Of a stretch of DNA of 63,529 nt, positions 63,496-63,529 are shown in pieces. Where the stretch lies: assembly GCF_001194135.2 (NCBI RefSeq), contig NC_069008.1, forward strand, positions 1,715,003-1,778,531, written 5' to 3'. The stretch's first letter is position 1. Each line of letters opens with the position of its first letter. The stretch is from Octopus bimaculoides. Lineage: Eukaryota. The notes beneath the pieces were generated by a model, which made no database searches, had not been told where the DNA came from, and worked only from the letters and a program-made list of their open reading frames with translations. The position numbers and the translations under genes were made by a program.

Positions 63496-63529
<34 letters not shown>

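Larger units (their letters stand above)
1..63529. other. Repeat-rich non-coding eukaryotic scaffold (intronic or intergenic), probably octopus/cephalopod
   Basis: AT-rich, N gaps, dense microsatellites, no long non-repetitive ORF. SINE sequences match my recollection of octopus SINE families (not database-checked). Confidence 0.85.

Overview
This is eukaryotic, AT-rich, non-coding DNA with 8 assembly gaps and very many (TA)n/(CA)n/(GA)n/(ACAT)n microsatellites. The repeat families match my recollection of octopus/cephalopod SINEs, so the species is inferred and not verified. I found no recognisable intact protein-coding gene, rRNA, true tRNA gene, CRISPR array or prokaryotic system. The long ORFs in the supplied track are artefacts of N-runs, microsatellites and SINEs. 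The window is dominated by: (i) more than 30 copies or fragments of a ~400-bp tRNA-headed SINE (family A) plus at least two other tRNA-SINE families; (ii) 3' ends of an RTE-clade LINE, one still carrying a decayed ORF C-terminus; (iii) Tc1/mariner, hAT-like, piggyBac-like and Merlin-like MITEs, two of them with mariner transposase C-terminal remnants; (iv) a bipartite dispersed repeat whose two modules have separately expanded into tandem arrays; and (v) several Penelope-like terminal-repeat fragments carrying minimal hammerhead-ribozyme motifs. The best leads are a near-complete type I hammerhead at 45872-45919, a palindromic hammerhead-bearing element interrupted by a SINE (43753-44421), a 157-bp telomere-motif MITE with a perfect 8-bp TSD (37025-37181), and a weak candidate first coding exon on the minus strand (56238-56260). 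Repeat boundaries are read by eye and are approximate unless a TSD or TIR is quoted.
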